64,000 nt of DNA from Eledone cirrhosa (lineage: Eukaryota), in the NCBI GenBank assembly GCA_964016885.1, contig OZ024743.1, positions 372,310,001 through 372,374,000 on the forward strand, written 5' to 3'. The position numbers and the translations under genes are program-made. The notes beneath the pieces were generated by a model. That model was not told the DNA's origin. It searched no databases and was given only the letters and a program-made list of their open reading frames with translations. This document shows positions 15,601 through 31,545 of the stretch, piece by piece (positions within the stretch are counted from its first letter, which is position 1; the number at the start of each line of letters is the position of its first letter).

Positions 15601-16600
15601 ACAACTACTGTAAGACCACTGTATCAACACCATAGTCACAACTACTCTAAGGCCACTGTATCCACACCATAGTAACAACTACTGTAAGACCACTGTATCA
15701 ACACCATAGTCACAACTACGGTAAGACCACTGTATCAACACCATAGTCACAACTACTGTAAGACCACTGTATCAACACCCCACTCACAACTACTGTAAGA
15801 CCACTGTATCAACACCACACTCAAAACTACTGTAAGACCACTGTATCCAGACCATAGTCACAACTACTGTAAGACCACTGTATAAACACCATAGTCACAA
15901 CTACTGTAAGACCACTGTATCAACACCACAGTCACAACTACTGTAAGACCACTGTATCAACACCATAGTCATAACTACCGTAAGACCACTGTATCAACAC
16001 TATAGTCACAACTACTGTAAGACCACTGTATCAACACCATAGTCACAACTACTGTAAGACCACAGTATCAACACCATAGTCACAACTACTGTAAGACCAC
16101 TCTATGAACACCATAGTCATAACTAACGTAAGACCACTCTATCAACAGCATAGTCATAAGTCCACTGTATCAACACCATAGTCACAACTACAGTAAGACC
16201 ACTGTATCAACACCACAGTCATAACTACTCTAAGACCACTGTATCAACACCACAGTCACAACTATTGAAAGTCCTCTGTATCAACATCATAGTCACAACT
16301 ACTGTAAGACCACTGTATCAACACCACAGCCACAACTACTGTAAGACCACTGTATCAACACCACAGTCACAACTATTGTAAGACCACTGTATCAACACCA
16401 TAGTCACAACTACTGTAAGACCACTGTATGAACACCATAGTCATAACTACTGAAAGTCCTCTGTATCAACACCATAGTCACAACTACTGTAAGACCATTG
16501 TATCAACACCACAGCCACAACTACTGTAAGACCACTGTATCAACACCACAGTCACAACTATTGTAAGACCACTGTATCATCACCATAGTCATAACTACGG
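11700..16600. repeat. Higher-order repeat of about 1656 bp (45 monomers including one 28-bp short unit), about 3 copies
   Basis: TCCAGACC marker at 12531, 14187 and 15846. Spacings are 1656 (= 45x37 - 9) and 1659, the latter explained by the 3-bp duplication AAGACCACCACTG at about 15091. Confidence 0.85.
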
Positions 16601-19600
16601 GAAGACTACTGTATCAACACCATAGTCACAACTACTGTAAGATGACTGTATCAACACCATAGTCACAACTACTGTAAAAACACTGTATCAACACCATAGT
16701 CATAACTACTGTAAGACCACTGTATCAACACCATAGTCACAACTACTGTAAGACCACTGTATCAACACCATAGTCACAACTACTGTAACACCACTGTATC
16801 AACAACACAGTCACAACTATTGTAAGACCACTGTATCATCACCATAGTCATAACTACTGTAAGACTACTGTATCAACACCATAGTCACAACTACAGTAAA
16901 AACACTGTATCAACACCATAGTCATAACTACTGTAAGAGCACTGTATCAACACCATAGTCACAACTACTGTAAGACCACTGTATCAACACCCTAGTCACA
17001 ACTACTGTAAGACCACTGTATCAACACCATAGTAACAACTACTGTAAGACCACTGTATCAACACCATAGTCATAACTACTGTAAGACCACTGTATCAACA
17101 CCATAGTCATAACTACTGTAAGACCACTGTATCAACAGAACGGTCACAACTACTGTAACACCACTGTATCAACACCATAGTCACACCTACTCTAAGATCA
17201 CTGTATCAACACCATAGTCACAACTACTGTAAGACCACTGTATGAACACCATAGTCACAACTACTGTAAGGCCACTGTATCCACAGAATAGTCACAACTA
17301 CTGTAAGACCACTGTATCAACACCATAGTCACAACTACTGTAAGACCACTGTATCAACACCATAGTGACAACTACTGTAAGACCACTGTATCAACACCAT
17401 AGTCATAACTACCGTAAGGCCACTGTATCCACACCATAGTTACAACAACTGTAAGACCACTGTATCAACACCACAGTCACAACTACTGTAAGACCACTGT
17501 ATCAAAACCATAGTCACAACTACTGTAAGACCACTGTATCAACAACACAGTTACAACTACTCTAAGACCACTGTATCAACACCACAGTTACAACTACTGT
17601 AAGACCACTGTATCAACACCATAGTCATAACTACCGTAACACCACTGTATCAACACTATAGTCACAACTACTGTAAGATCACTGTATCAACACCATAGTC
17701 ATAACTACCGTAAGACCACTGTAACAACAGCATAGTCATAAGACCACTGTATCAACACCATAGTCACAACTACAGTAAGACCACTGTATCAACACCTCAG
17801 TCATAACTACTCTAAGACCACTGTATAAACACCATAGTCACAACTACTGTAAGACCACTGTATCAACACCACAGTCACAACTACAGTAAGACCACTGTAT
17901 CAACACCATCGTCACAACTACTGTAAGACCACAGTATCAACACCATAGTCACAACTACTGTAAGACCACTCTATGAACACCATAGTCATAACTACCGTAA
18001 GAACTCTGTATCAACACCATAGTCATAACTACTGTAAGACCACTGTATCAACACCACAGTCATAACTATTGTATGACCACTGTATCAACACCATAGTCAT
18101 AACTATTGAAAGTCCTCTGTATCAACATCATAGTCACAACTACTGTAAGACCACTGTATCAACACCACAGCCACAACTACTGTAAGACCACTGTATCAAC
18201 ACCACAGTCACAACTATTGTAAGACCACTGTATCAACACCATAGTCACAACTACTGTAAGACCACTGTATGAACACCATAGTCATAACTACTGAAAGTCC
18301 TCTGTATCAACACCAGAGTCACAACTATTGTAAGACCATTGTATCAACACCACAGCCACAACTACTGTAAGACCACTGTATCAACATCACAGTCACAACT
18401 ATTGTAAGACCACTGTATCATCACCATAGTCATAACTACTGTAAGACTACTGTATCAACACCACAGTCACAACTACTGTAAGACCACGGTATCAACACCA
18501 TAGTCATAACTACCGTAAGACCTCTGTATCAACACCATAGTCATAACTACTGTAAGACCACTGTATCAACACCACAGCCACAACTACTGTAAGACTACTG
18601 TATCAACACCACAGCCACAACTACTGTAAGACCACTGTATCAACACCACAGTCACAACTATTGTAAGACCACTGAATCATCACAATAGTCATAACTACTG
18701 GAAGACTACTGTATCAACACCATAGTCACAACTACTGTAAGATCACTGTATTAACACCATAGTCACAACTACTGTAAAAACACTGTATCAACACCATAGT
18801 CATAACTACTGTAAGACCACTGTATCAACAGCATAGTCACAACTACTGTAAGACCACTGTATCAACACCATAGTCACAACTACTGTAAGACCACGGTATC
18901 AACACCATAGTCACAACTACTGTAAGACCACTGTATCAACACCACAGTCACAACTATTGTAAGACCACTGTATCATCACCATAGTCATAACTACTGTAAG
19001 ACTACTGTATCAAAACCATAGACACAACTACTGTAAGACCACTGTATCAACACCCTAGTCACAACTACTGTAAGACCACTGTATCAATACCATAGTAACA
19101 ACTACTGTAAGACCACTGTATCAACACCATAGTCATAACTACTGTAAGAACACTGTATCAACACCATAGTCATAACTACTGTAAGACCACTGTATCAACA
19201 GAACGGTCACAACTACTGTAAGACCACTGTATCAACACCATAGTCACAACTACTGTAAGACCACTGTATGAACACCATAGTCATAACTACTGAAAGTCCT
19301 CTGTATCAACACCATAGTCACAACTACTGTAAGACCATTGTATCAACACCATAGTCACATCTACTGTATGACCACCGTATCATCACCATAGTCATAACTA
19401 CTGGAAGACTACTGTATCAACACCATAGTCACAACTACTGTAAGATCACTGTATCAACACCATAGTCACAACTACTGTAAAAACACTGTATCAACACCAT
19501 AGTCATAACTACGGTAAGACCACTGTATCAACACCATAGTCACAACTACTGTAAGACCACTGTATCAACACCATAGTCACAACTACTGTAAGACCACTGT

Positions 19601-22600
19601 ATCAACACCATAGTAACAACTACTGTAAGACCACTGTATCAACACCATAGTCATAACTACCGTAAGACCACTGTATAAACACCATAGTCATAACTACTGT
19701 AAGACCACTGTATCAACACCATAGTCACACCTACTGTAAGATCACTGTATCAACAACATAGACACAACTACTGTAAGACAACTGTATCAACACCATAGTC
19801 ACAACTACTGTAAGGCCACTTTATCCACAGCATAGTCACAACTACTGTAAGACCACTGTATCAACACCATAGTCACAACTACTGTAAGACCACTGCATCA
19901 ACACCATAGTCACACACTACTGTAAGACCACTGTATCAACACCATATTAACAACTACTGTAAGACCACTGTATCAAAACCATAGTCATAACTACCGTAAG
20001 GCCACTGTATCCACACCATAGTTACAATTACTGTAAGACCACTGTATCAGCAGCACAGTCACAACTACTGTAAGACCACTGTATCAACACCCTACTCACA
20101 ACTACTGTAAGACCACTGTATCAACACCACAGTCACAACTACTGTAAGACCACTGTATCAACACCATAGTCACAACTACTCTAAGACCACTGTATCAACA
20201 CCACAGTCACAACTACTGGAAGACTACTGTATCAACACCATAGTCATAACTACTGTAAGACCACTGTATCAACACCATAGTCATTACTACTGAAAGTCCT
20301 CTGTATCAACACCATAGTCACAACTACTGTAAGACCATTGTATCAACACCACAGCCACAACTACTGTAAGATCACTGTAACAACACCACAGTAACAACTA
20401 TCGTAAGACCACTGTATCATCACCATAGTCATAACTACTGTAAGACTACTGTATCAACACCATAGTCACAACTACTGTAAGATCACTGTATCAACACCAT
20501 AGTCACAACTACTGTAAAAACACTGTATCAACACCATAGTCATAACTACTGTAAGACCACTGTATCAACACCATAGTCACAACTACTGTAAGACCACTGT
20601 ATCAACACCATAGTCACAACTACTGTAAGATCACTGTATCAACACCATAGTCACCACTACTGTAAAATCACTGTATCAACACCATAGTCATAACTACCGT
20701 AAGACCACTGTATCAACACCATAGTCATAACTACTGTAAGACCATTGTATCAACAGAACAGTCACAACTACTGTAAGACCACTGTATCAACACCACAGTC
20801 ACAACTACTGTAAGACCACTGTATCAACACCCCACTCACAACTACTGTAAGTCCACTGTATCAACATCACAGTCACAACTACTGTAAGACCACTGTATCA
20901 ACACCATAGTCACAACTACTGTAAGACCACTGTATCAACAACACAGTCACAACTACTCTAAGACCACTGTATCAGCACCACAGTCACAACTATTGTAAGA
21001 CCACTGTATCAACACCATAGTCACAACTACTGTAAGACCACTGTATCAACACCACAGCCACAACTACTGTAAGACCACTGTATCAACACCACAGTCACAA
21101 CTATTGTAAGACCACTGTATCAACACCATAGTCACAACTACTGTAAGACCACTGTATGAACACCATAGTCATAACTATTGAAAGTCCTCTGTATCAACAC
21201 CATAGTCACAACTACTGTAAGACCACTGTATCAACACCACAGTCACAACTACTGTAAGACCACTGTATCAACACCATAGTCATAACTACCGTAAGACCAC
21301 TGTATCAACACTATAGTAACAACTACTGTAAGACCACAGTATCAACACCATACTCATAACTACCGTAAGACCACTGTATCAACAGCATAGTCATAAGACC
21401 ACTGTATCAACCCCATAGTCTCAACTACAGTAAGGCCACTGTATCAACACCGCAGTCATAACTACTCTAAGACTACTGTATCAACACGATAGTCACAACT
21501 ATTGTAAGACTACTGTATCAACACCACAGTCACAACTACAGTAAGACCACTGTATCAACACCATAGTCACAACTACTGTAAGACCACTGTATCAACACCA
21601 TAGTCACAACTACAGTAAGACCACTGTATCAACACCATAGTCACAACTACTGTAAGACCACTGTATGAACACCATAATCATAACTACCGTAAGTCCACTG
21701 TATCAACACCATAGTCATAACTACTGTAAGACCACTGTATCAACACCACAGTCACAACTACTGTAAGACCACTGTATCAACACCATAGTCATAACTACAG
21801 TAAGACCACTGTATCAACACAATAGTCACAACTACAGTAAGACCACTGTATCAACACCATAGTCACAACTACTGTAAGACCACTGTATGAACACCATAGT
21901 CATAACTACCGTAAGACCACTGTATCAACACCATAGTCATAACTACCGTAAGACCACTGTATCAACACCATAGTCATAACTACTGTAAGACCACTGTATC
22001 AACACCACAGCCACAACTACTGTAAGACCACTGTAACAACACCACAGTATCAACACCACAGTCATAACTATTGTAAGACCACTGAATCATCACCATAGTC
22101 ATAACTACTGTAAGACCACTGTATCAACACCATAATCACAACTACTGTAAGACCACTGTATCAACACCACAGTCACAACTACTGTAAGACCACTGTATCA
22201 ACAACATAGTCACAACTACTGTAAGACCACTGTATCAACAACACAGTCACAACTACTCTAAGACCACTGTATCAACACCACAGTCACAACTACTGGAAGA
22301 CTACTGTATCAACACCATAGTCATAACTACTGTAAGACCACTGTATCAACACCATAGTCATAACTACTGTAAAACCATTGTATCAACACCATAGTCATTA
22401 CTACTGAAAGTCCTCTGTATCAACACCATAGTCACAACTACTGTAAGACCATTGTATCAACACCACAGCCACAACTACTGTAAGATCACTGTAACAACAC
22501 CACAGTAACAACTATCGTAAGACCACTGCATCATCACCATAGTCATAACTACTGTAAGACTACTGTATCAACACCATAGTCACAACTACTGTAAGATCAC

Positions 22601-23047
22601 TGTATCAACACCATAGTCACAACTACTGTAAAAACACTGTATCAACACCATAGTCATAACTACTGTAAGACCACTGTATCAACACCATAGTCACAACTAC
22701 TGTAAGTCCACTGTATCAACATCACAGTCACAACTACTGTAAGACCACTGTATCACCACCATAGTCACAACTACTGTAAGACCACTGTATGAACACCATA
22801 ATCATAACTACCGTAAGTCCACTGTATAAACACCACAGTCATAACTACTGTAAGACCACTGTATCAACACCATAGTCATAACTACAGTAAGACCACTGAA
22901 TCATCACCATAGTCATAACTACTGTAAGACCACTGTATCAACACCATAATCACAACTACTGTAAGACCACTGTATCAACACCATAGTCACAACTACTGTA
23001 AGATCACTGTATCAACACCATAGTCACAACTACTGTAAAAACACTAT

Positions 23048-26000
23048 ATCAACACCATAGTCATAACTACTGTAAGACCACTGTATCAACACCATAGTCA
23101 CAACTACTGTAAGACCACTGTATGAACACCATAGTCATAACTATTGAAAGTCCTCTGTATCAACACCATAGTCACAACTACTGTAAGACCACTGTATCAA
23201 CACCATAGTCATAACTACCGTAAGACCACCGTATCAACACTATAGTAACAACTACTGTAAGACCACTGTATCAACACCATACTCATAACTACCGTAAGAC
23301 CACTGTATCAACAGCATAGTCATAAGACCACTGTATCAACCCCATAGTCACAACTACAGTAAGACCACTGTACCAACACCGCAGTCATAACTACTCTAAG
23401 ACCACTGTATCAACACGATAGTCACAACTATTGTAAGACTACTGTATCAACACCACAGTCACAACTACAGTAAGACCACTGTATCAACACCATAGTCACA
23501 ACTACTGTAAGACCACTGCATCAACACCACAGTCACAACTATTGTAAGACCACTGTATCATCACCATAGTCATAACTACTGTAAGACCACTGTATCAACA
23601 CCATAATCACGACTACTGCAAGACGACTGTATCAACACCATAGTCACAACTACTGTAAGATCACTGTATCAACACCATAGTCACAACTACTGTAAAAACA
23701 CTGTATCAACTCCATAGTCATAACTACTGTAAGACCACTGTATCAACACCATAGTCACAACTACTGTAAGACCACTGTATCAACACCATAGTCACAACTA
23801 CTGTAAGACCACTGTATCAACACCATAGTAACAACTACTGTAAAGACAACTGTATCAACACCATAGTCATAACTACCGTAAGACCACTGTATCAACACCA
23901 TAGTCATAACTACTGTAAGACTACTATATCAACAGAACTGTCACAACTAATGTAAGACCACTGTATCAACACCATAGTCACAACTACTGTAAGACCACTG
24001 TATCAACACCATAGTCACAGCTACTGTAAGACCACTGTATCAACACCATAGTAACAACTACTTTAAAGACAACTGTATCAACACCATAGTCATAACTACC
24101 GTAAGACCACTGTATCAACACCATAGTCATAACTACTGTAAGACCACTGTATCAACACCATAGTCACAACTACTGTAAGACCACTGTATGAACACCATAG
24201 TCATAACTATTGAAAGTCCTCTGTATCAATACCATAGTCACAACTACTGTAAGACCACTGTATCAACACCATAGTCATAACTACCGTAAGACCACTGTAT
24301 CAACACTATAGTAACAACTACTGTAAGACCACTGTATCAACACCATACTCATAACTACCGTAAGACCACTGTATCAACAGCATAGTCATAAGACCACTGT
24401 ATCAACCCCATAGTCACAACTACAGTAAGACCACTGTATCAACACCGCAGTCATAACTACTCTAAGACCACTGTATCAACACGATAGTCACAACTATTGT
24501 AAGACTACTGTATCAACACCACAGTCACAACTACAGTAAGACCACTGTATCAACACCATAGTCACAACTACTGTAAGACCACTGCATCAACACCACAGTC
24601 ACAACTATTGTAAGACCACTGTATCATCACCATAGTCATAACTACTGTAAGACCACTGTATCAACACCATAATCACGACTACTGCAAGACGACTGTATCA
24701 ACACCATAGTCACAACTACTGTAAGATCACTGTATCAACACCATAGTCACAACTACTGTAAAAACACTGTATCAACTCCATAGTCATAACTACTGTAAGA
24801 CCACTGTATCAACACCATAGTCACAACTACTGTAAGACCACTGTATCAACACCATAGTCACAACTACTGTAAGACCACTGTATCAACACCATAGTAACAA
24901 CTACTGTAAAGACAACTGTATCAACACCATAGTCATAACTACCGTAAGACCACTGTATCAACACCATAGTCATAACTACTGTAAGACTACTATATCAACA
25001 GAACTGTCACAACTAATGTAAGACCACTGTATCAACACCATAGTCACAACTACTGTAAGACCACTGTATCAACACCATAGTCACAACTACTGTAAGACCA
25101 CTGTATCAACACCATAGTAACAACTACTTTAAAGACAACTGTATCAACACCATAGTCATAACTACCGTAAGACCACTGTATCAACACCATAGTCATAACT
25201 ACTGTAAGACCACTGTATCAACACCATAGTCACAACTACTGTAAGACCACTGTATGAACACCATAGTCATAACTATTGAAAGTCCTCTGTATCAACACCA
25301 TAGTCACAACTACTGTAAGACCACTGTATCAACACCATAGTCATAACTACCGTAAGACCACTGTATCAACACTATAGTAACAACTACTGTAAGACCACTG
25401 TATCAACACCATACTCATAACTACCGTAAGACCACTGTATCAACAGCATAGTCATAAGACCACTGTATCAACCCCATAGTCACAACTACAGTAAGACCAC
25501 TGTATCAACACCGCAGTCATAACTACTCTAAGACCACTGTATCAACACGATAGTCACAACTATTGTAAGACTACTGTATCAACACCACAGTCACAACTAC
25601 AGTAAGACCACTGTATCAACACCATAGTCACAACTACTGTAAGACCACTGCATCAACACCACAGTCACAACTATTGTAAGACCACTGTATCATCACCATA
25701 GTCATAACTACTGTAAGACCACTGTATCAACACCATAATCACGACTACTGCAAAACGACTGTATCAACACCATAGTCACAACTACTGTAAGATCACTGTA
25801 TCAACACCATAGTCACAACTACTGTAAAAACACTGTATCAACTCCATAGTCATAACTACTGTAAGACCACTGTATCAACACCATAGTCACAACTACTGTA
25901 AGACCACTGTATCAACACCATAGTCACAACTACTGTAAGACCACTGTATCAACACCATAGTAACAACTACTGTAAAGACAACTGTATCAACACCATAGTC

Positions 26001-26275
26001 ATAACTACCGTAAGACCACTGTATCAACACCATAGTCATAACTACTGTAAGACTACTATATCAACAGAACTGTCACAACTAATGTAAGACCACTGTATCA
26101 ACACCATAGTCACAACTACTGTAAGACCACTGTATCAACACCATAGTCACAACTACTGTAAGACCACTGTATCAACACCATAGTAACAACTACTTTAAAG
26201 ACAACTGTATCAACACCATAGTCATAACTACCGTAAGACCACTGTATCAACACCATAGTCATAACTACTGTAAGA
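23048..26275. repeat. Higher-order repeat of 1066 bp (29 monomers), 3 near-identical tandem copies
   Basis: GACTACTGCA at 23611, 24677 and 25743. TATGAAC at 23121, 24187 and 25253. 1066 = 29x37 - 9 + 1 + 1 (one short unit, two TAAAG insertions). Confidence 0.92.
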
Positions 26276-29200
26276 CTACTGTATCAACAGAACAGTCACA
26301 ACTAATGTAAGACCACTGTATCAACACCATAGTGACAACTACTGTAAGATCACTGTATCAACACCATAGTCACAACTACTGTAAGACCAATGTATCAACA
26401 CCATAGTCACAACTACTGTAAGACCACTGTATCAACACCATAGTCATAACTACTGTAAGACCACTGTATAAACACCACAGTCACAACTACTGTAAGACCA
26501 CTGTATCAACACCATAGTCATAACTACTATAAGACCACTGTATAAACACCACAGTCACAACTACTGTAAGACCACTGTATAAACACCACAGTCACAACTA
26601 CTGTAAGACCACTGTATAAACACCACAGTCACAACTACTGTAAGACCACTGTATCAACACCATAGTCATAACTACTGTAAGACCACTGTATCAACACCAT
26701 AGTAACAACTACTGTAAAGACAACTGTATCAAGACCATAGTCATAACTACCGTAAGACCACTGTATCAACACCATAGTCATAACTACTGTAAGACTACTG
26801 TATCAACAGAACAGTCACAACTAATGTAAGACCACTGTATCAACACCATAGTCACAACTAGTGTAAGATCATGTATCAACACCATAGTCACAACTACTGT
26901 AAGATCACTGTATCAACACGATAGTCACAACTACTGTAAGACCACTGTATCAACACCATAGTGACAACTACTGTAAGGCCACTGTATCAAAACCACAGTC
27001 ACAACTACTGTAAGACCACTGTATCAACACCATAGCCATAACTACTGTAAGACCACTGTATAAACACCACAGTCACAACTACTGTAAGTCCACTGTATTA
27101 ACACCATAGTCACAACTACTGTAAGACCACTGTATAAACACCACAGTCACAACTACTGTAAGACCACTGTATCAACACCATAGTCATAACTACTGTAAGA
27201 CCACTGTATCAACACCATAGTCACAACTACTGTAAGACCACTGTATCAACACCATAGTCACAACTACTGTAAGACAACTGTATCAACACCATAGTCACAA
27301 CTACTGTAAGATCACTGAATCAACACCATAGTCACAAATACTGTAAGACTACTGAATCAACACCACAGTCACAACTACTGTAAGACCACCGTATCAACAC
27401 CATAGTCACAACTACTGTAAGACCACTGTATCAACACCATAGTCATAACTACTGTAAGACCACTGTATCAACACCACAGCCACAACTACTCTAAGACGAC
27501 TGTATCAACACCATAGTCACAACTACTGTAAGACCACTGTATCAACACCACAGTCACAACTACTGTAAGATCACTGTAAGAACACCATAGTCACAACTAC
27601 TGTAAGACCACTGTTTCAACACCACAGTCACAACTACTCTAAGACCACTGTATCAAGACCATAGTCACAACTACTGTAAGACCACTGTATCAACACCACA
27701 GTCACAAATACTGTAAGTTCACTGTATCAACACCATAGTCACATCTACAGTAAGACCACTGTATCAACACCGTAGTCACACTACTGTAAGACCACTGTAT
27801 CAACACCACAGTCACAACGTCTGTAAGACCACTGTATCAACACAATAGTCACAATAACTGTAAGCCCACTGTATCAACACCATAGTCACAACTACTGTAA
27901 GACCCCTGTATCAACACCACAGTCACAACTACTGTAAGACCACTGTATCAACACCATAGTCACAACTATTGTAAGACCACTGTATCAATACCATAGTCAC
28001 AACTACTGTAAGACCACTGTATCAACACCATAGTCACAACTACTGTAAGACAACTGTATCAACACCATAGTCACAACTAGAGTAAGACCACTTTATCAAC
28101 ACCATAGTCACAACTACTGTAAGACCACTGTATCAACACCATAGTCACAACTACTGTAAGACCACTGTATCAACACCATAGTCACAACTACTGTAAGACC
28201 ACTGTATCAACACCACAGTCACAACTACTGTAAGACCACTGTATCAACACCACAGTCACAACTACTGTAAGACCACTGTATCAACACCACAGTCACAACT
28301 ACTGTAAGATCACTGAATCAACACCACAGTCACAACTACTGTAAAGACAACTGTATCAACACCATAGTCATAACTACCGTAAGACCACTGTATCAACACC
28401 ATAGTCATAACTACTGTAAGACTACTATATCAACAGAACTGTCACAACTAATGTAAGACCACTGTATCAACACCATAGTCACAACTACTGTAAGACCACT
28501 GTATCAACACCATAGTCACAACTACTGTAAGACCACTGTATCAACACCATAGTAACAACTACTTTAAAGACAACTGTATCAACACCATAGTCATAACTAC
28601 CGTAAGACCACTGTATCAACACCATAGTCATAACTACTGTAAGACTACTGTATCAACAGAACAGTCACAACTAATGTAAGACCACTGTATCAACACCATA
28701 GTGACAACTACTGTAAGATCACTGTATCAACACCATAGTCACAACTACTGTAAGACCAATGTATCAACACCATAGTCACAACTACTGTAAGACCACTGTA
28801 TCAACACCATAGTCATAACTACTGTAAGACCACTGTATAAACACCACAGTCACAACTACTGTAAGACCACTGTATCAACACCATAGTCATAACTACTATA
28901 AGACCACTGTATAAACACCACAGTCACAACTACTGTAAGACCACTGTATAAACACCACAGTCACAACTACTGTAAGACCACTGTATAAACACCACAGTCA
29001 CAACTACTGTAAGACCACTGTATCAACACCATAGTCATAACTACTGTAAGACCACTTTATCAACACCATAGTCACAACTACTGTAAGACCACTGTATCAA
29101 CACCATAGTAACAACTACTGTAAAGACAACTGTATCAAGACCATAGTCATAACTACCGTAAGACCACTGTATCAACACCATAGTCATAACTACTGTAAGA

Positions 29201-30642
29201 CTACTGTATCAACAGAACAGTCACAACTAATGTAAGACCACTGTATCAACACCATAGTCACAACTAGTGTAAGATCATGTATCAACACCATAGTCACAAC
29301 TACTGTAAGATCACTGTATCAACACGATAGTCACAACTACTGTAAGACCACTGTATCAACACCATAGTGACAACTACTGTAAGGCCACTGTATCAAAACC
29401 ACAGTCACAACTACTGTAAGACCACTGTATCAACACCATAGCCATAACTACTGTAAGACCACTGTATAAACACCACAGTCACAACTACTGTAAGTCCACT
29501 GTATTAACACCATAGTCACAACTACTGTAAGACCACTGTATAAACACCACAGTCACAACTACTGTAAGACCACTGTATCAACACCATAGTCATAACTACT
29601 GTAAGACCACTGTATCAACACCATAGTCACAACTACTGTAAGACCACTGTATCAACACCATAGTCACAACTACTGTAAGACAACTGTATCAACACCATAG
29701 TCACAACTACTGTAAGATCACTGAATCAACACCATAGTCACAAATACTGTAAGACTACTGAATCAACACCACAGTCACAACTACTGTAAGACCACCGTAT
29801 CAACACCATAGTCACAACTACTGTAAGACCACTGTATCAACACCATAGTCATAACTACTGTAAGACCACTGTATCAACACCACAGCCACAACTACTCTAA
29901 GACGACTGTATCAACACCATAGTCACAACTACTGTAAGACCACTGTATCAACACCACAGTCACAACTACTGTAAGATCACTGTAAGAACACCATAGTCAC
30001 AACTACTGTAAGACCACTGTTTCAACACCACAGTCACAACTACTCTAAGACCACTGTATCAAGACCATAGTCACAACTACTGTAAGACCACTGTATCAAC
30101 ACCACAGTCACAAATACTGTAAGTTCACTGTATCAACACCATAGTCACATCTACAGTAAGACCACTGTATCAACACCGTAGTCACACTACTGTAAGACCA
30201 CTGTATCAACACCACAGTCACAACGTCTGTAAGACCACTGTATCAACACAATAGTCACAATAACTGTAAGCCCACTGTATCAACACCATAGTCACAACTA
30301 CTGTAAGACCCCTGTATCAACACCACAGTCACAACTACTGTAAGACCACTGTATCAACACCATAGTCACAACTATTGTAAGACCACTGTATCAATACCAT
30401 AGTCACAACTACTGTAAGACCACTGTATCAACACCATAGTCACAACTACTGTAAGACAACTGTATCAACACCATAGTCACAACTAGAGTAAGACCACTTT
30501 ATCAACACCATAGTCACAACTACTGTAAGACCACTGTATCAACACCATAGTCACAACTACTGTAAGACCACTGTATCAACACCATAGTCACAACTACTGT
30601 AAGACCACTGTATCAACACCACAGTCACAACTACTGTAAGAC
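25970..30642. repeat. Higher-order tandem duplication, offset 2369/2406 bp (about 64-65 monomers)
   Basis: GTAAAG at 25972/28341 and TACTTT at 26191/28560 (offset 2369). The GATCATGT deletion variant at 26871/29277 and CGTCT at 27818/30224 give 2406, with an extra monomer near 29050. Confidence 0.9.
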
Positions 30643-31545
30643 ATCTGTATCAACACCACAGCCACAACTACTGTAAGACCACTGTATCAACACCACAGCC
30701 ACAACTACTGTAAGATCACTGTATCAACACCATAGTCACAACTACTGTAAGACCACTGTATCAACACCATAGTCACAACTACTGTAAGACCACTGTATCA
30801 ACACCATAGTCACAACTACTGTAAAACCACTGTATCAACACCACAGTCATAACTAATGTAAGACCACTGTATCAACACCATAGTCACAACTACTGTAAGA
30901 CCACTGTATCAACACCATAGTCACAACTACAATAAGACCACTGTATCAACACCATAGTCACAACTATTGTAAGACCACTGTATCAATACCATAGTCACAA
31001 CTACTGTAAGACCACTGTATCAACACCATAGTCACAACTACTGTAAGACAACTGTATCAACACCATAGTCACAACTAGTGTAAGACCACTTTATCAACAC
31101 CATAGTCACAACTACTGTAAGACCACTGTATCAACACCATAGTCACAACTACTGTAAGACCATTGTATCAACACCACAGTCACAACTACTGTAAGACCAC
31201 TGTATCAACACCACAGTCACAACTACTGTAAGACCACTGTATCAACACCACAGCCACAACTACTGTAAGACCACTGTATCAACACCACAGCCACAACTAC
31301 TGTAAGATCACTGTATCAACACCATAGTCACAACTACTGTAAGACCACTGTATCAACACCATAGTCACAACTACTGTAAGACCACTGTATCAACACCATA
31401 GTCACAACTACTGTAAAACCACTGTATCAACACCACAGTCATAACTAATGTAAGACCACTGTATCAACACCATAGTCACAACTACTGTAAGACCACTGTA
31501 TCAACACCATAGTCACAACTACAATAAGACCACTGTATCAACACC
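30340..31545. repeat. Tandem duplication of 592 bp (16 monomers)
   Basis: TCAATA at 30391/30983 and AATAAG at 30931/31523, both offset 592 = 16x37. Confidence 0.85.
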
